From Candidatus Heimdallarchaeota archaeon (GTDB lineage Archaea > Asgardarchaeota > Heimdallarchaeia > Heimdallarchaeales > Heimdallarchaeaceae), in contig JABCTC010000017.1 in the NCBI GenBank assembly GCA_018238545.1, positions 8,836 to 72,835 of the forward strand: a stretch of DNA of 64,000 nt. The letters are read 5' to 3'. Position 1 is the stretch's first letter. Each line of letters begins with the position of its first letter. Shown one piece after another: positions 10,392 through 20,111 of the stretch. The position numbers and the translations under genes were made by a program. The notes under the pieces were generated by a model that worked only from the letters and a program-made list of their open reading frames with translations, ran no database searches and had not been told where the DNA came from.

Positions 10392-11690
10392 ATGAAGAAA
10401 AAAACTCTACTTTTTCAGGTTATTCTGGCTATTTTACTTACCAATTCTATTTTAATGAATAATTCGTCAAATCTGATTTCCGCTACTTTAGACAATAGCG
10501 ATTCGGCTCCATCTAAACTTACAAACTATAATGCTACATCTTCAACAGAGTATTTTAACGAAACATCTCATCCGCGTTATTCTTTAGCATCCCGACCTAT
10601 AGACCTCATCACTTATCCTCATAAGGGCTATCCTGAGATTATAATTTTCGATGAATCCCTTACAGTTCTTGTAAATACTACATCTGATGCTTCTGATTGG
10701 GAATTCTATCTCAAATCTGGAAATGAAACCGTTTTCTTGAATATTTTACATACAAAGTATGAAGGTGGTTTGTGGCATTTCGATCTAAAACCAAGTATAA
10801 ACTCTGCAGGTTTGTTCGATTTACAATTGAATTGTAGTGCAGGTTCTGATTATCAAACACATTCAGTTAAAATTATGGAAGAGAAATCCTACCCCTTCAC
10901 ATTTGTTCATCTTTCTGATACTCACTTCCCCGCTTATGATATCTATAATACCACAGATATTTGTTTGAGGAATATAGCAGAAATTAAAGAACAAGATATA
11001 GATTTTGTAATATTTACAGGAGATTTGATTAATGGTCCAAGTTGGATGTTTGTTGATCCTCTTACTCAAAGACCACTTGCTGCTGAAATTGGTATGAGGT
11101 TAGCTTTATGGGTTATGGATCTTTTAGATTTGCCAGTTTATATGATTGCTGGGAACCATGACCTCGATTCTTCTACAATTTTACCAGATGATCCTGCAAC
11201 AATCTGGAAGAAATATCTGGGTGAGAACCCTGTACTGAATTATTCTTTTCTAGATTGGTCATTTATAGGATTTGGCTCCACTAAGGAAGGTCTTGATCAA
11301 AATGATTTTAATTTTCTTAAATCTGCAGTAAGTTCACGTGCAAATTCACCTAATGTTCTATTCTACCATTCTAACTATAAAGAGCAAGCTTCAACGATTA
11401 GGAATAGCTACAATATTGAGGTAATGCTCTATGGTCATGAGCATAAAGAAATTCTATCTGTAAAAGATCACACCTTATATTACTGTCAAGCACCTCTCTT
11501 TTATAATGCATCAACAATATTCACTGTGTTAAATGAAACACATCTAGAAATGAAAGAGAGTACATACGATTTCACTATACTACTTGAAGAAGTAACGGAA
11601 TCATCTTACACTTTAACGTTATTTACATCAATGACTCTGTTTGCTATTGTTTATGTTATTATAAGGAAAAGGAAGGAGAATTTGTCCTAA
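10392..11690 (+). CDS. Secreted, C-terminally anchored calcineurin-like metallophosphoesterase
   Basis: Signal peptide; SDTH, TGD, GNHD, GHEH motifs; C-terminal TM + KRK. Confidence 0.85.
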   Translation: MKKKTLLFQVILAILLTNSILMNNSSNLISATLDNSDSAPSKLTNYNATSSTEYFNETSHPRYSLASRPIDLITYPHKGYPEIIIFDESLTVLVNTTSDASDWEFYLKSGNETVFLNILHTKYEGGLWHFDLKPSINSAGLFDLQLNCSAGSDYQTHSVKIMEEKSYPFTFVHLSDTHFPAYDIYNTTDICLRNIAEIKEQDIDFVIFTGDLINGPSWMFVDPLTQRPLAAEIGMRLALWVMDLLDLPVYMIAGNHDLDSSTILPDDPATIWKKYLGENPVLNYSFLDWSFIGFGSTKEGLDQNDFNFLKSAVSSRANSPNVLFYHSNYKEQASTIRNSYNIEVMLYGHEHKEILSVKDHTLYYCQAPLFYNASTIFTVLNETHLEMKESTYDFTILLEEVTESSYTLTLFTSMTLFAIVYVIIRKRKENLS

Positions 11691-11996
11691 ATTATTCAAT
11701 AAGTGCCGATAATCGATAAATAAGTCTTTAAGTGTGAAATATTTTACTTTAATAGAGCTAGTCTTTCACTTTGTTTCATGTTTCTCACCAAAATTTGAAC
11801 TAAGTATCGCTAGCTCTTTTAATTTCACATAACTTCTCATAAAAAGCTTTTATACAGAAAGAATATTTCTCAAATTCTCGATGTTTTTATTTTCAACGAA
11901 AACCTTTAAACCTAGTTGACCAATTATTTTTTTCATAAGTAAAACAGCTATTGAGACCTATATTAAGCCGCAAAAAATTATTTAGAGGAATGGTCC

Positions 11997-13169
11997 ATGA
12001 GTAAGGGATTTAATAATCAAAGATCAAAGAAACGTAAGAAGAGAGTCGGTTTTCCAAGAGGATTACTTTATTATTATTTCAAGGATATGTGGGAAACATT
12101 TTTTGTAAAATTAGGTGCTGAAGTAGTACTTTCATCTCCTACTAATAAAATAACCAAGGAACGAGGGGTGTTAGAGACTCTTGATGATGAATGTTACTCA
12201 ACCAAATTATATCATGGTCATGTCTTAGAACTTGAAGACAAAGAGTTAGATTATTTATTTGTTCCTCGATTTGCTAGTAGAAAAAAACTGGAAGTTGGTT
12301 GCCCAAAATTCGTAGCGCTAGCTGATATCCTAAAATATACAAAGAAAAATCTACCACCAATAATAGGTCCATATTATAGCACATCCAGAGAAAATCATGG
12401 ATTCTGGCGACTTACTAAAATAGTATTTGAAATTGGTTTTAAATTCACAAAAAACCCTTTAAGAATTATACGTGCAGCTATTCTAGCCTTAAGAGCACAT
12501 AGAAAGGCACAAGATGAACTAATCATTAGCGAAGAAACGTTAGAGAAATGGGAAAGATCTGAAATTTTATTAAATGATCCTCCAATAAATAATGATGGGG
12601 AGGATTTGTTGAAAGTAGCATTAGTAGGGCACAATTATGTTTTGAATGATGACTACGCATCGTTAGGTGTTAGAAAAAAGTTGCAAAAATTAGGTGTAGA
12701 TCTAATTACTTCTCAACAGATGCCAAAAAATCTGATTAAAAGACAACTATTACGTTTATCAATGATAGATTACGGTTTAGAATTTCCAGAACCAGAGAAA
12801 TTACCATTACAAGAATTAGAAAAACATCTAGTTGGAAGAAACGATTATCTCTATTTTGAATTTGAACATGATATAGTTGGAACAGCTATGCATTATCTTG
12901 AAAACCAAAAAATTGATGGGATCCTTATGCTTGTGAATTTTATCTGCGGACCAGTTTCAGTTTCAATGGAATATGCAAAACATTTCGCAAAGAAAATACA
13001 ATCTGAAACTCCTTTATCTATATTAACACTTGATGCTCATACCGGTGAAGCAGGATTCCAGACTAGATTAGAAGCGTTTTGTGATATACTTCGAATGAAG
13101 AAAAATAAAGGGTTTGTTCCTGAAGCAGCAGAAAAAGAATCTGATCTACTTCTAAAAAATTGGAGCTGA
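11997..13169 (+). CDS. 2-hydroxyacyl-CoA dehydratase/activase-related protein (DUF2229-like)
   Basis: VGFPRGLLYY, ECYSTKLYHGH, GCPKF, F.CGP, GEAGFQTRLEAF. Confidence 0.8.
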   Translation: MSKGFNNQRSKKRKKRVGFPRGLLYYYFKDMWETFFVKLGAEVVLSSPTNKITKERGVLETLDDECYSTKLYHGHVLELEDKELDYLFVPRFASRKKLEVGCPKFVALADILKYTKKNLPPIIGPYYSTSRENHGFWRLTKIVFEIGFKFTKNPLRIIRAAILALRAHRKAQDELIISEETLEKWERSEILLNDPPINNDGEDLLKVALVGHNYVLNDDYASLGVRKKLQKLGVDLITSQQMPKNLIKRQLLRLSMIDYGLEFPEPEKLPLQELEKHLVGRNDYLYFEFEHDIVGTAMHYLENQKIDGILMLVNFICGPVSVSMEYAKHFAKKIQSETPLSILTLDAHTGEAGFQTRLEAFCDILRMKKNKGFVPEAAEKESDLLLKNWS

Positions 13170-14317
13170 AATTTGTGTCTTATATAACCTATCCTCACTT
13201 TGGTCCAATGACTCTTCTGTTCAAATCGATTTTCCAAGAAATGGAAGTTCCTGAAGAACGTATTATTAATCCTCACACACCTAATAAACACACACTTGAT
13301 ATTGGATCAAAACACTCTCCAGAATGGATGTGTACTCCATTTAAATTGAGTCTAGGTTCCTTGATTGAGTGCATAGACAGGGGAGCGAATCATGTTTTTC
13401 AGATTGGAGGGATAGGAACTTGTAGAGCTAGCTGTTATGGACCGGTTCAACGGGTGATAACAGAAGAATTAGGGTACAAAGTTAAGTATACCAATATTGA
13501 TTATCACAAACCCATGGACATGCTGAGAGATTTACAATCAGTTAGCAATAATTTTAACACATGGCAAGCTCTTGGAGCTCTTCGTAAAATATGGGTAAAA
13601 AACTATTCTCTTGATCTAGTTGAGCATCTGATAAATTTCTATCGTGGAGTGGAACTAGAAAAAGGGGAGACAGATAGAGTAGCGAAAGAAGTTCATAATA
13701 AAATATTTAGTCTTCATAGAGTTAAAGAAATCAAAGAATTCCATAAACTTATACCAAAAATGTTTGAAGATCAAGTGGAAATAGATGAATATGCAGATCC
13801 TCTGAAGATAGGAATTATAGGAGAAATATATGTGGTACTTGAACCAATGCTACATCTGAACCTATATCGAAGATTGAATGATCTGGGAGTAATCTGTCGA
13901 AACACTGTCTCTTTAAAGAAATTTACAGATTTGCCAGCAAAAGTGAACCCTTTTGTAAAAGAATATTATAAGCTTTATAGAGATAAAGCACGTCCGTACA
14001 TGCAACAATATGCAGGAGGGGATGGACAAGAAAGCTTAGGAGCAACAATTTTACTTCGGGAAATGGGTTGGGATGGAATGGTACATGTCTGGCCATTCAG
14101 CTGTATGCCGGAATTGAGTGCTCAAAGTATCATTCCAAGTATCAGTGATGACTATGGAATGCCTGTTTTACCATTGATTGTAGATGAACAAACAGGAGAA
14201 GCAGGATTTCAAACAAGACTGGAAGCATTTATCGATATGTTAAAAATCAAACGGGAAAGCGAACGAAATGGAAAACCTGTAGAGAAAATTAGTTGGAATA
14301 CTTTCAACTATGATTGA
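13160..14317 (+). CDS. 2-hydroxyacyl-CoA dehydratase D-component-like protein
   Basis: C.PFK, G.CR..CY, IGIIGEIY, PFSCMPE, DEQTGEAGFQTRLEAF. Confidence 0.8.
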   Translation: MELKFVSYITYPHFGPMTLLFKSIFQEMEVPEERIINPHTPNKHTLDIGSKHSPEWMCTPFKLSLGSLIECIDRGANHVFQIGGIGTCRASCYGPVQRVITEELGYKVKYTNIDYHKPMDMLRDLQSVSNNFNTWQALGALRKIWVKNYSLDLVEHLINFYRGVELEKGETDRVAKEVHNKIFSLHRVKEIKEFHKLIPKMFEDQVEIDEYADPLKIGIIGEIYVVLEPMLHLNLYRRLNDLGVICRNTVSLKKFTDLPAKVNPFVKEYYKLYRDKARPYMQQYAGGDGQESLGATILLREMGWDGMVHVWPFSCMPELSAQSIIPSISDDYGMPVLPLIVDEQTGEAGFQTRLEAFIDMLKIKRESERNGKPVEKISWNTFNYD

Positions 14318-14401
14318 GCTAAACTCTTTTTGCCTTACATCTTTTCTATCCTACCTTCTTGTAAACTATCTTTTCAGATGGGGTTCTATGTAACAAGTGG
14401 C

Positions 14402-14434
14402 GTTTAACAACTGTTTAACGGGTGTTTAACACCC
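14402..14434. repeat. Three GTTTAAC units at 11-bp period, ending in a GGGTGTTTAACACCC near-palindrome
   Basis: GTTTAAC at 14402, 14413 and 14424. Confidence 0.7.
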
Positions 14435-14602
14435 TTCTAATATGAACTCTTTTGAGAACTTCCACAATCGGATTTTTACTGCTTTGTGTTACCTTTAATT
14501 CAAAGAGATTTAAAATTCAGTTTCTAAGGATCTTCAAACAAAATTACTTAGTTTTAAGATATATTCATTCTTGTATTTACTACTGTTTTGCAGAAAGATT
14601 GC

Positions 14603-15574
14603 CTATTTCTTCTTTTTTTCTTCTTTTTCTTGTTGTTGAATAATAATGGGAGTTACTTGCTTTATGTAAGCTTTTCCTTTGTGATTTTCAATGATTTTAA
14701 TAGCTGTAGTTCCATCAAAAGTATGTGTTGTGGCATGGAATAATGATAAAACTAGATCTTGAAATGTTTGATCATCCTCAAGGTGTTCAATTATTAAGCC
14801 TAATGCTTCAGCCTGATCTCTATCAATATGACGTCCATGACTTTTGTATGTAGAATGGTCAGCTAATTTCTCAGCAATATCTTTTGATATTTCGTCTTTA
14901 TTTTCGCTATCTTTAAACATGTAATCATTAAGGAAAGTTGCAACTAAATCTTTTGACAAATCTAAAGCATTTTGACATTGAATCAATAGAGCTGGACCAT
15001 ATTGACCTAGAATTGGCATCCATACTCCCATGTTTTTTGAATCTTCCTTGCATTCTGCTGAAGCTTTATCAAATTGATCAAGAATAGCTTGAGCAGGTAT
15101 AGAACTCACTCCTAAAGGGGTCGATAATATTATCTGAGAATCAATAGGACCAAGATAAGAATGCTTCCCCATTACAATCTTATCTGCTGCACAAGCTAAC
15201 ATTGTAGCAGCAGACATTGCCCCTTGAGGTATGATTGCTCGTATGTAATCATATTTTGTTCTTAGGTATTTAACAAAACTTTCAGTAACTTCAGCAGATC
15301 CACCAGGACTGTGAATAATCAGATCAAGTTCTTTTCCATCTAATCCATGAATAACTTCCATTAAACCTTGAATATCGTCTTCTGTAATACTAATTAGTTG
15401 TGGTGAAATATTAATACTTGCTTGTGTCCATTTTGTTGCATAGATTATTGTATCCCTTTCAGTAAATTCATTAAGCTTGTAGAGATATCGTCGTCGAATC
15501 GAATCATAAGGTGTTTTGGAACCCTTATCTTTCTTTTTCTTTAATTCGTTTAATATTCCACTCCACGTAGGCAC
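14603..15574 (-). CDS. ClpP-class serine protease, SDH_sah/S49-like family
   Basis: LDLIIHSPGG, AMSAATMLAC, LGPIDSQ, SHGRHI. Confidence 0.85.
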   Translation of the reverse strand: MPTWSGILNELKKKKDKGSKTPYDSIRRRYLYKLNEFTERDTIIYATKWTQASINISPQLISITEDDIQGLMEVIHGLDGKELDLIIHSPGGSAEVTESFVKYLRTKYDYIRAIIPQGAMSAATMLACAADKIVMGKHSYLGPIDSQIILSTPLGVSSIPAQAILDQFDKASAECKEDSKNMGVWMPILGQYGPALLIQCQNALDLSKDLVATFLNDYMFKDSENKDEISKDIAEKLADHSTYKSHGRHIDRDQAEALGLIIEHLEDDQTFQDLVLSLFHATTHTFDGTTAIKIIENHKGKAYIKQVTPIIIQQQEKEEKKKK

Positions 15575-15589
15575 TTTGTTCCCTCACTG

Positions 15590-15778
15590 TTAATTGATAC
15601 TAGTACTATCTGATACTGAAACCACACTCTTTGGCTTGGTTTCGTTTAGGTATCGATTGGAAATTTCAAGTAATTCTATATAATTACCATAAACAATCGT
15701 TAGCTCCTCTAATCCTGGTTGTTCTTCTAACTCTTTAATAAATGATTCAATCTCCTTTTTTCTACCCTTCTTTCTCAT
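15590..15778 (-). CDS. Small hypothetical protein upstream of the SDH protease
   Basis: 62-aa ORF ending 15 bp before the protease start; GAGG-type RBS in the gap. Confidence 0.6.
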   Translation of the reverse strand: MRKKGRKKEIESFIKELEEQPGLEELTIVYGNYIELLEISNRYLNETKPKSVVSVSDSTSIN

Positions 15779-15856
15779 AATTTTAGATTCTTTGTGGAAA
15801 CTATTAAGTTTTTTGTAAGAATATCTATAGTTCTCGTATTAAATACAAAAGACATA

Positions 15857-16018
15857 TTATTTGCTATTTATTTCCTTTTCATACAGAAAGCGTAAAGCTG
15901 TTCTAATGATTTCGGATCTATCCATATACTTGCCTGAATCTTCTAATTCCTGCAGCATTATCTTCAGCTTGGTGGGAAGTCTTACACCTATAATCTGTTT
16001 TTCTGCTTCAATCTCCAT
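15857..16018 (-). CDS. 53-aa CopG/Arc-type ribbon-helix-helix regulator (absent from the ORF track)
   Basis: MEIEAEKQIIGVRLPTKLKIMLQELEDSGKYMDRSEIIRTALRFLYEKEINSK; starts 2 bp after the helicase stop. Confidence 0.85.
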   Translation of the reverse strand: MEIEAEKQIIGVRLPTKLKIMLQELEDSGKYMDRSEIIRTALRFLYEKEINSK

Positions 16019-16020
16019 TC

Positions 16021-18222
16021 TTAACCACCCCTTACAAGTTTAAGCTTACTAGCTGTAGGTTGAAATAGTATCCCTTCTTGTAGAAGCTTTGAAACAATTT
16101 TATCAACTGAATCTTCACTGATTTTCTTATCCTTTATTTTTAGATATTTAGTTAGATCTCTCCGATTAAATGGTCCTTTATGGATCTGTTCTAAATCTTT
16201 GCAAGCTTCTATAACAGGTTGAATAATTAGCTCTTTCTCGGTCGTTTGCTGTCGTTCAGCCTGTTGGTGAATATTTGCATCTTCAGCTGATTCAACAGAA
16301 TTATTTTTTATATGCTTATTTTGTGTTCGGTTGTACGGTATATTCTGTTTTGTTGTTTCAGACAGTTTAGCTCGAGATTTCTTCATTTTTATACCGAACA
16401 TTCGGTATTGTTCGGGGTGTACGGTATCAACTAGTTTCTTATCTAAAAAGTGCAACTCTTTTAGATGTTCAAGAAAGATTTTTCCTTCCAGGTAATCAGG
16501 ATTACTCTTTTCAATTGCTGCAAATTTTTCTTGTGATAGATCAGTTAGGTTTATTTCCCATATCTTTTCTATTCTTGTTAAATCAAGCTCTATAACTGAA
16601 TCTATTGCTTGTGATGTCAAATAATAAAGATAGGTTCGTTTATCCTCTGAATCTTTCTCGTACGTTAAATAATTCTTTTTACATAAAGTCTTGAGATATA
16701 TCCTGATAGTATCCTTTGATTTGGTCTTTATTCTTTTATGCAATCGCTTAATAGTCGTATGATCTTTTCCGCTTTCTTTAATCTCATTAACTATTTCTTC
16801 GTATAACTCTCTGTGCCTTTTATCTACTTCACTTATTGTTTCTATTAAGATCTCTCTGAACAGCTCTAAAGCTAGAAGAATATCCGCAGGTTCGATAATA
16901 ATCAATTTCTTTTTCTCTGCTTGAATAATCGGTCTTTCATTAATTATTGCAAAAGCAAAAGAATATCTCCTAATTTTTTTCCAATGTCTAATAATGCTTG
17001 GATTAGCTGTAGGTAAGTTTAGAACTTTAGGATGAAAGAACGGACAAATCCACCCTTCTATTTTTCTTCTTTTTTCTATCAGCTCTTGAGACCAAGCTTT
17101 AAACGTTTCCAAGTATTCGTAATTATCAGGTTTTCCCCCAATTGCATCATACGAAGCTTCATACTCTAGAATACTCTCTGTTTTAACTTGTGTTTCTTCA
17201 ACTGAAACAAATATCCCCCTATTAATGTTCTCAGGATTAATCTCTCCTAAAGTCATAGTAGTCCAGAAAGAAACTTTAGGAAAAGTTAAAATTCTAGAAA
17301 CATTTCTCCCAGATCTGTCTTTATCTACTGTAGAATAAGTAAATTCTTTATCTTCTTCATTTGTAGCTAGACGCATAAACATATCTCGATAATCAGATGA
17401 TTGTTTAATTGTCTCATGCAGACACCAGATTTCAGCTTCTTTCATTTCTTCCTTATTATCTGCATAAAGATACAGTGGTGATTTGTCGCTGAATGAGCTA
17501 GCATCAAAAACATAATTATCAGGGTAAAGCTTTAGAACATTATTCATCAAATGACTTTTTCCTGCACTCGTATTTCCAGCTATATAGACCATTCCTGCAG
17601 AATTACCAAGAATACCTGTAAGATACAAAGCGATCTTATTTTTTGTTTCTCTTATGATTCCAACATCTTCACAAGCTTTGTTAATGGCAGCAACAGGATT
17701 AGCTTTAATCTCTTTCAGAATCTCTTGATTAATATTAAATTGTAGCTCAGTATATTTTTGGTACTTTTGTTTTTCCTTTCTTTGTTCAAGATAGAATTCT
17801 AGCTCTCCATCAATAAATATGCTAGCTAGCTCTTGGTATAGTTTTGCTATCATATCATAAGCTACTGATTCAATAGTTCCTGTCGTTTTGTATTTTCTCT
17901 GTCTTATTGCACTCTGCAGGATCTTGGACAAATGATATTTTTTTTCATTTAAGATCTTCTTAGCTTGAGTTTCACCATTGATGGTATCATTATAGAGTAT
18001 CTTTGTTTTTTCTCCTGGTTTAGCTTCTTGTACTAAGAAATATAATTGCTCTTTTTCATCTACATCTATCAGATAATAGAAAGGACATTCAACTGTATGA
18101 TCACCTTTTTTATGCATGAAAGGATCTAATTCTTTGTCAAATTGAAAGAACGGATGAATCTCCCCTATCCTGTTGCTAGTATTTGATGAGATAGTTTCTT
18201 TTGTTTTTGTTTTTGTATTCAC
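16021..18222 (-). CDS. AAA+/MCM-like P-loop helicase of mobile elements, with C-terminal wHTH domains
   Basis: YIAGNTSAGKS Walker A, IWCLHE Walker-B-like, SFWTTMT...PENINR sensor/Arg-finger region, wHTH-like C-terminus. Confidence 0.7.
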   Translation of the reverse strand: MNTKTKTKETISSNTSNRIGEIHPFFQFDKELDPFMHKKGDHTVECPFYYLIDVDEKEQLYFLVQEAKPGEKTKILYNDTINGETQAKKILNEKKYHLSKILQSAIRQRKYKTTGTIESVAYDMIAKLYQELASIFIDGELEFYLEQRKEKQKYQKYTELQFNINQEILKEIKANPVAAINKACEDVGIIRETKNKIALYLTGILGNSAGMVYIAGNTSAGKSHLMNNVLKLYPDNYVFDASSFSDKSPLYLYADNKEEMKEAEIWCLHETIKQSSDYRDMFMRLATNEEDKEFTYSTVDKDRSGRNVSRILTFPKVSFWTTMTLGEINPENINRGIFVSVEETQVKTESILEYEASYDAIGGKPDNYEYLETFKAWSQELIEKRRKIEGWICPFFHPKVLNLPTANPSIIRHWKKIRRYSFAFAIINERPIIQAEKKKLIIIEPADILLALELFREILIETISEVDKRHRELYEEIVNEIKESGKDHTTIKRLHKRIKTKSKDTIRIYLKTLCKKNYLTYEKDSEDKRTYLYYLTSQAIDSVIELDLTRIEKIWEINLTDLSQEKFAAIEKSNPDYLEGKIFLEHLKELHFLDKKLVDTVHPEQYRMFGIKMKKSRAKLSETTKQNIPYNRTQNKHIKNNSVESAEDANIHQQAERQQTTEKELIIQPVIEACKDLEQIHKGPFNRRDLTKYLKIKDKKISEDSVDKIVSKLLQEGILFQPTASKLKLVRGG

Positions 18223-18572
18223 TCTTTCACCTCATTAACTTCTAGGGGTATACCTCTATTCTTCAAAGTTTGAACAAAATCTTCAAGTATGATCTTGTTC
18301 CCCTCAAAAACCCATGCTTTTTCTAATGCATCCCAATAACATTTGAAAGAAACTATTTGACGTAACTTGTCTCTTTCTTCTTTGAATTCAGCTAGTTTGT
18401 TGTAATCAAAGACCAGATTAGCTTTAATTTCATCTTTATCCTGCTCTTGATTCTGTGAAGAGGATAAAATCTCTTTAAGTATTCTCTCAATTCTTAATAG
18501 AGTATGATGTGATCTTTCATTATGATCAACCCTGTCATTATCGTACTTTTCTCTATTGTCTTTAAGATACAT
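18219..18572 (-). CDS. Hypothetical protein with a W-D-x3-K-A-W motif (DUF5710/HARP-like)
   Basis: KCYWDALEKAWVF; 4-bp overlap with the helicase start. Confidence 0.55.
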   Translation of the reverse strand: MYLKDNREKYDNDRVDHNERSHHTLLRIERILKEILSSSQNQEQDKDEIKANLVFDYNKLAEFKEERDKLRQIVSFKCYWDALEKAWVFEGNKIILEDFVQTLKNRGIPLEVNEVKE

Positions 18573-18573
18573 T

Positions 18574-19041
18574 TCATTCCCCCCTTTCGCTTTTCAGATT
18601 CTCTAAAGCAGTCTTACTTAAAAAAGGCATAAGATAAGCTAGTCTTTCTTCCTCAGGAACAGTTACTAAGCTGTAGATGAATACCCTTCTACTTCTAACG
18701 TTCGGGGCAAAGAATTTCTCAGCTCTAAGCAAACCCAAATCAACCAGAGAATCAAGTAAATCTGCCTTATTATATTGTAGTTTGTATTTGTTTAATGCTA
18801 TTCTTAATCCCCTGTTATGAAAAATTCTTTCATCTACTATGTACTTGATTCTTTCTAAGTTATTGGCCTTATTCAAAAATTCCATGATTTCTTTGAGATC
18901 AGCTCTTATTCCCCAATTGGATCGGATAATAATCTCGTGGATTCTTTCAGGTCCGTATGCTTGTTTAAAAAAATCTTCAGCTGATTCATCCCCATTAGTT
19001 TTGAAGGCTGTAGATTTATTAAGTTCTTTATTTTTTTTCAT
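18574..19041 (-). CDS. Probable winged-helix DNA-binding protein
   Basis: LLDSLVDLGLL...RRVFIYSL wing pattern; GAGG RBS. Confidence 0.55.
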   Translation of the reverse strand: MKKNKELNKSTAFKTNGDESAEDFFKQAYGPERIHEIIIRSNWGIRADLKEIMEFLNKANNLERIKYIVDERIFHNRGLRIALNKYKLQYNKADLLDSLVDLGLLRAEKFFAPNVRSRRVFIYSLVTVPEEERLAYLMPFLSKTALENLKSERGE

Positions 19042-19180
19042 TTCTATTTAATACCTCTATTTTCACTTTTCAGAGAAGCAGAAAGCTAGGCTAAACATTT
19101 AAGAGCAAAAAAAAGATTGTATTAACAAGAGAGGATGAAAATTCTTACTGGGAAGTGGGATTTTTCTCTCTCTTACTTTG

Positions 19181-19348
19181 TTAATTCTCTTTTTCTGGAT
19201 CTTGTTGATTAGCTAGATATTGCTTAACTGCTTGATCTATTACTGTTTTCGCACTTCTGAAGTTTTTATGCTTCTTAAATGCAAATTCTTGAAGCTGATG
19301 ATACAGCTTTTTATCTATTCTTGCTAATGTACTAGACATAGTAATCAT
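19181..19348 (-). CDS. Ribbon-helix-helix regulator
   Basis: TLARIDKKLYHQLQEFA...VIDQAVKQYL; exact start uncertain. Confidence 0.7.
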   Translation of the reverse strand: MITMSSTLARIDKKLYHQLQEFAFKKHKNFRSAKTVIDQAVKQYLANQQDPEKEN

Positions 19349-19389
19349 TAATAAGTTTGTAAACAAGTAAATATAAAGATTGTCGTCAC

Positions 19390-19448
19390 TTTGTTTGACA
19401 AAAAAACTTATAACTTGTTAGCGAGTATACTAAATTGTGTCAAACAAA
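19390..19448. promoter_or_regulatory. 11-bp inverted repeat (probable operator) between divergent RHH genes
   Basis: TTTGTTTGACA (19390-19400) / TGTCAAACAAA (19438-19448). Confidence 0.55.
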
Positions 19449-20111
19449 ACAGACAAGCTCTTGCAGAGAGTAGCTTTTAGACTACCTAATGAAAAATATG
19501 AGAAAATTAATTCGGTTTTAGAAGATGGAAAGTATAATAGTCAATCTAATTTCTTAAGGAGTGCTGTGGACCTATTATTGTTCTGGGAAAAAAAAATCAA
19601 AAGAAATGATGTAACAGACTCTAAATTACGAGAGAGTATCGGTGTTCGTATTGCTGAAGTTGGTCAAGAACATGACAGACTTCTAGAACTCAGAGAAGAA
19701 TTACGTAAACAGGCCGAAGAAGATCTGAAAACTCTTAAAGAACTGAAAAAAGAGACTGAAGAAAGAAAAGAAGCGGGAAAATACTTTAAAACGTATTTGC
19801 CATTAGTGAACGAACATGAAAAAAGAATTAGGAGAGAGGGTCTGGAAATAGTTGCATTCTTTATGCAATTGATAAAGAACTTATATTCACAGTTTGAAGA
19901 TGAAGATTCACCACTTAAAATTAAGGCATGGGAATTACAAACCCTGACTGAAGCTAAACGAATTTTAGAAAATGTTTCAACTGAAGAAAACAAGAAGACC
20001 CCAAAAAGCAATCTTAAAAGAAATAAAGCTTCAAAAGGTTTAACTGCAAAAGATTTCTTTAATACCGTAGATTCATCTCAGTTCAAAAAGAAAGAAAAAA
20101 AAAGTAACTAA
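19437..20111 (+). CDS. RHH regulator with C-terminal coiled coil
   Basis: QRVAFRLPNEKYEKINSVLEDGKYNSQSNFLRSAVDLLL; charged heptads follow. Confidence 0.75.
   Translation: MSNKTDKLLQRVAFRLPNEKYEKINSVLEDGKYNSQSNFLRSAVDLLLFWEKKIKRNDVTDSKLRESIGVRIAEVGQEHDRLLELREELRKQAEEDLKTLKELKKETEERKEAGKYFKTYLPLVNEHEKRIRREGLEIVAFFMQLIKNLYSQFEDEDSPLKIKAWELQTLTEAKRILENVSTEENKKTPKSNLKRNKASKGLTAKDFFNTVDSSQFKKKEKKSN

Noticed and set aside
11754-11820. 8-bp inverted repeat followed by a T-run
   Set aside because: Long loop and short stem; at most an ordinary terminator.
14318-14600. tRNA gene as integration target
   Set aside because: No cloverleaf or T-loop motif at either end of the element.
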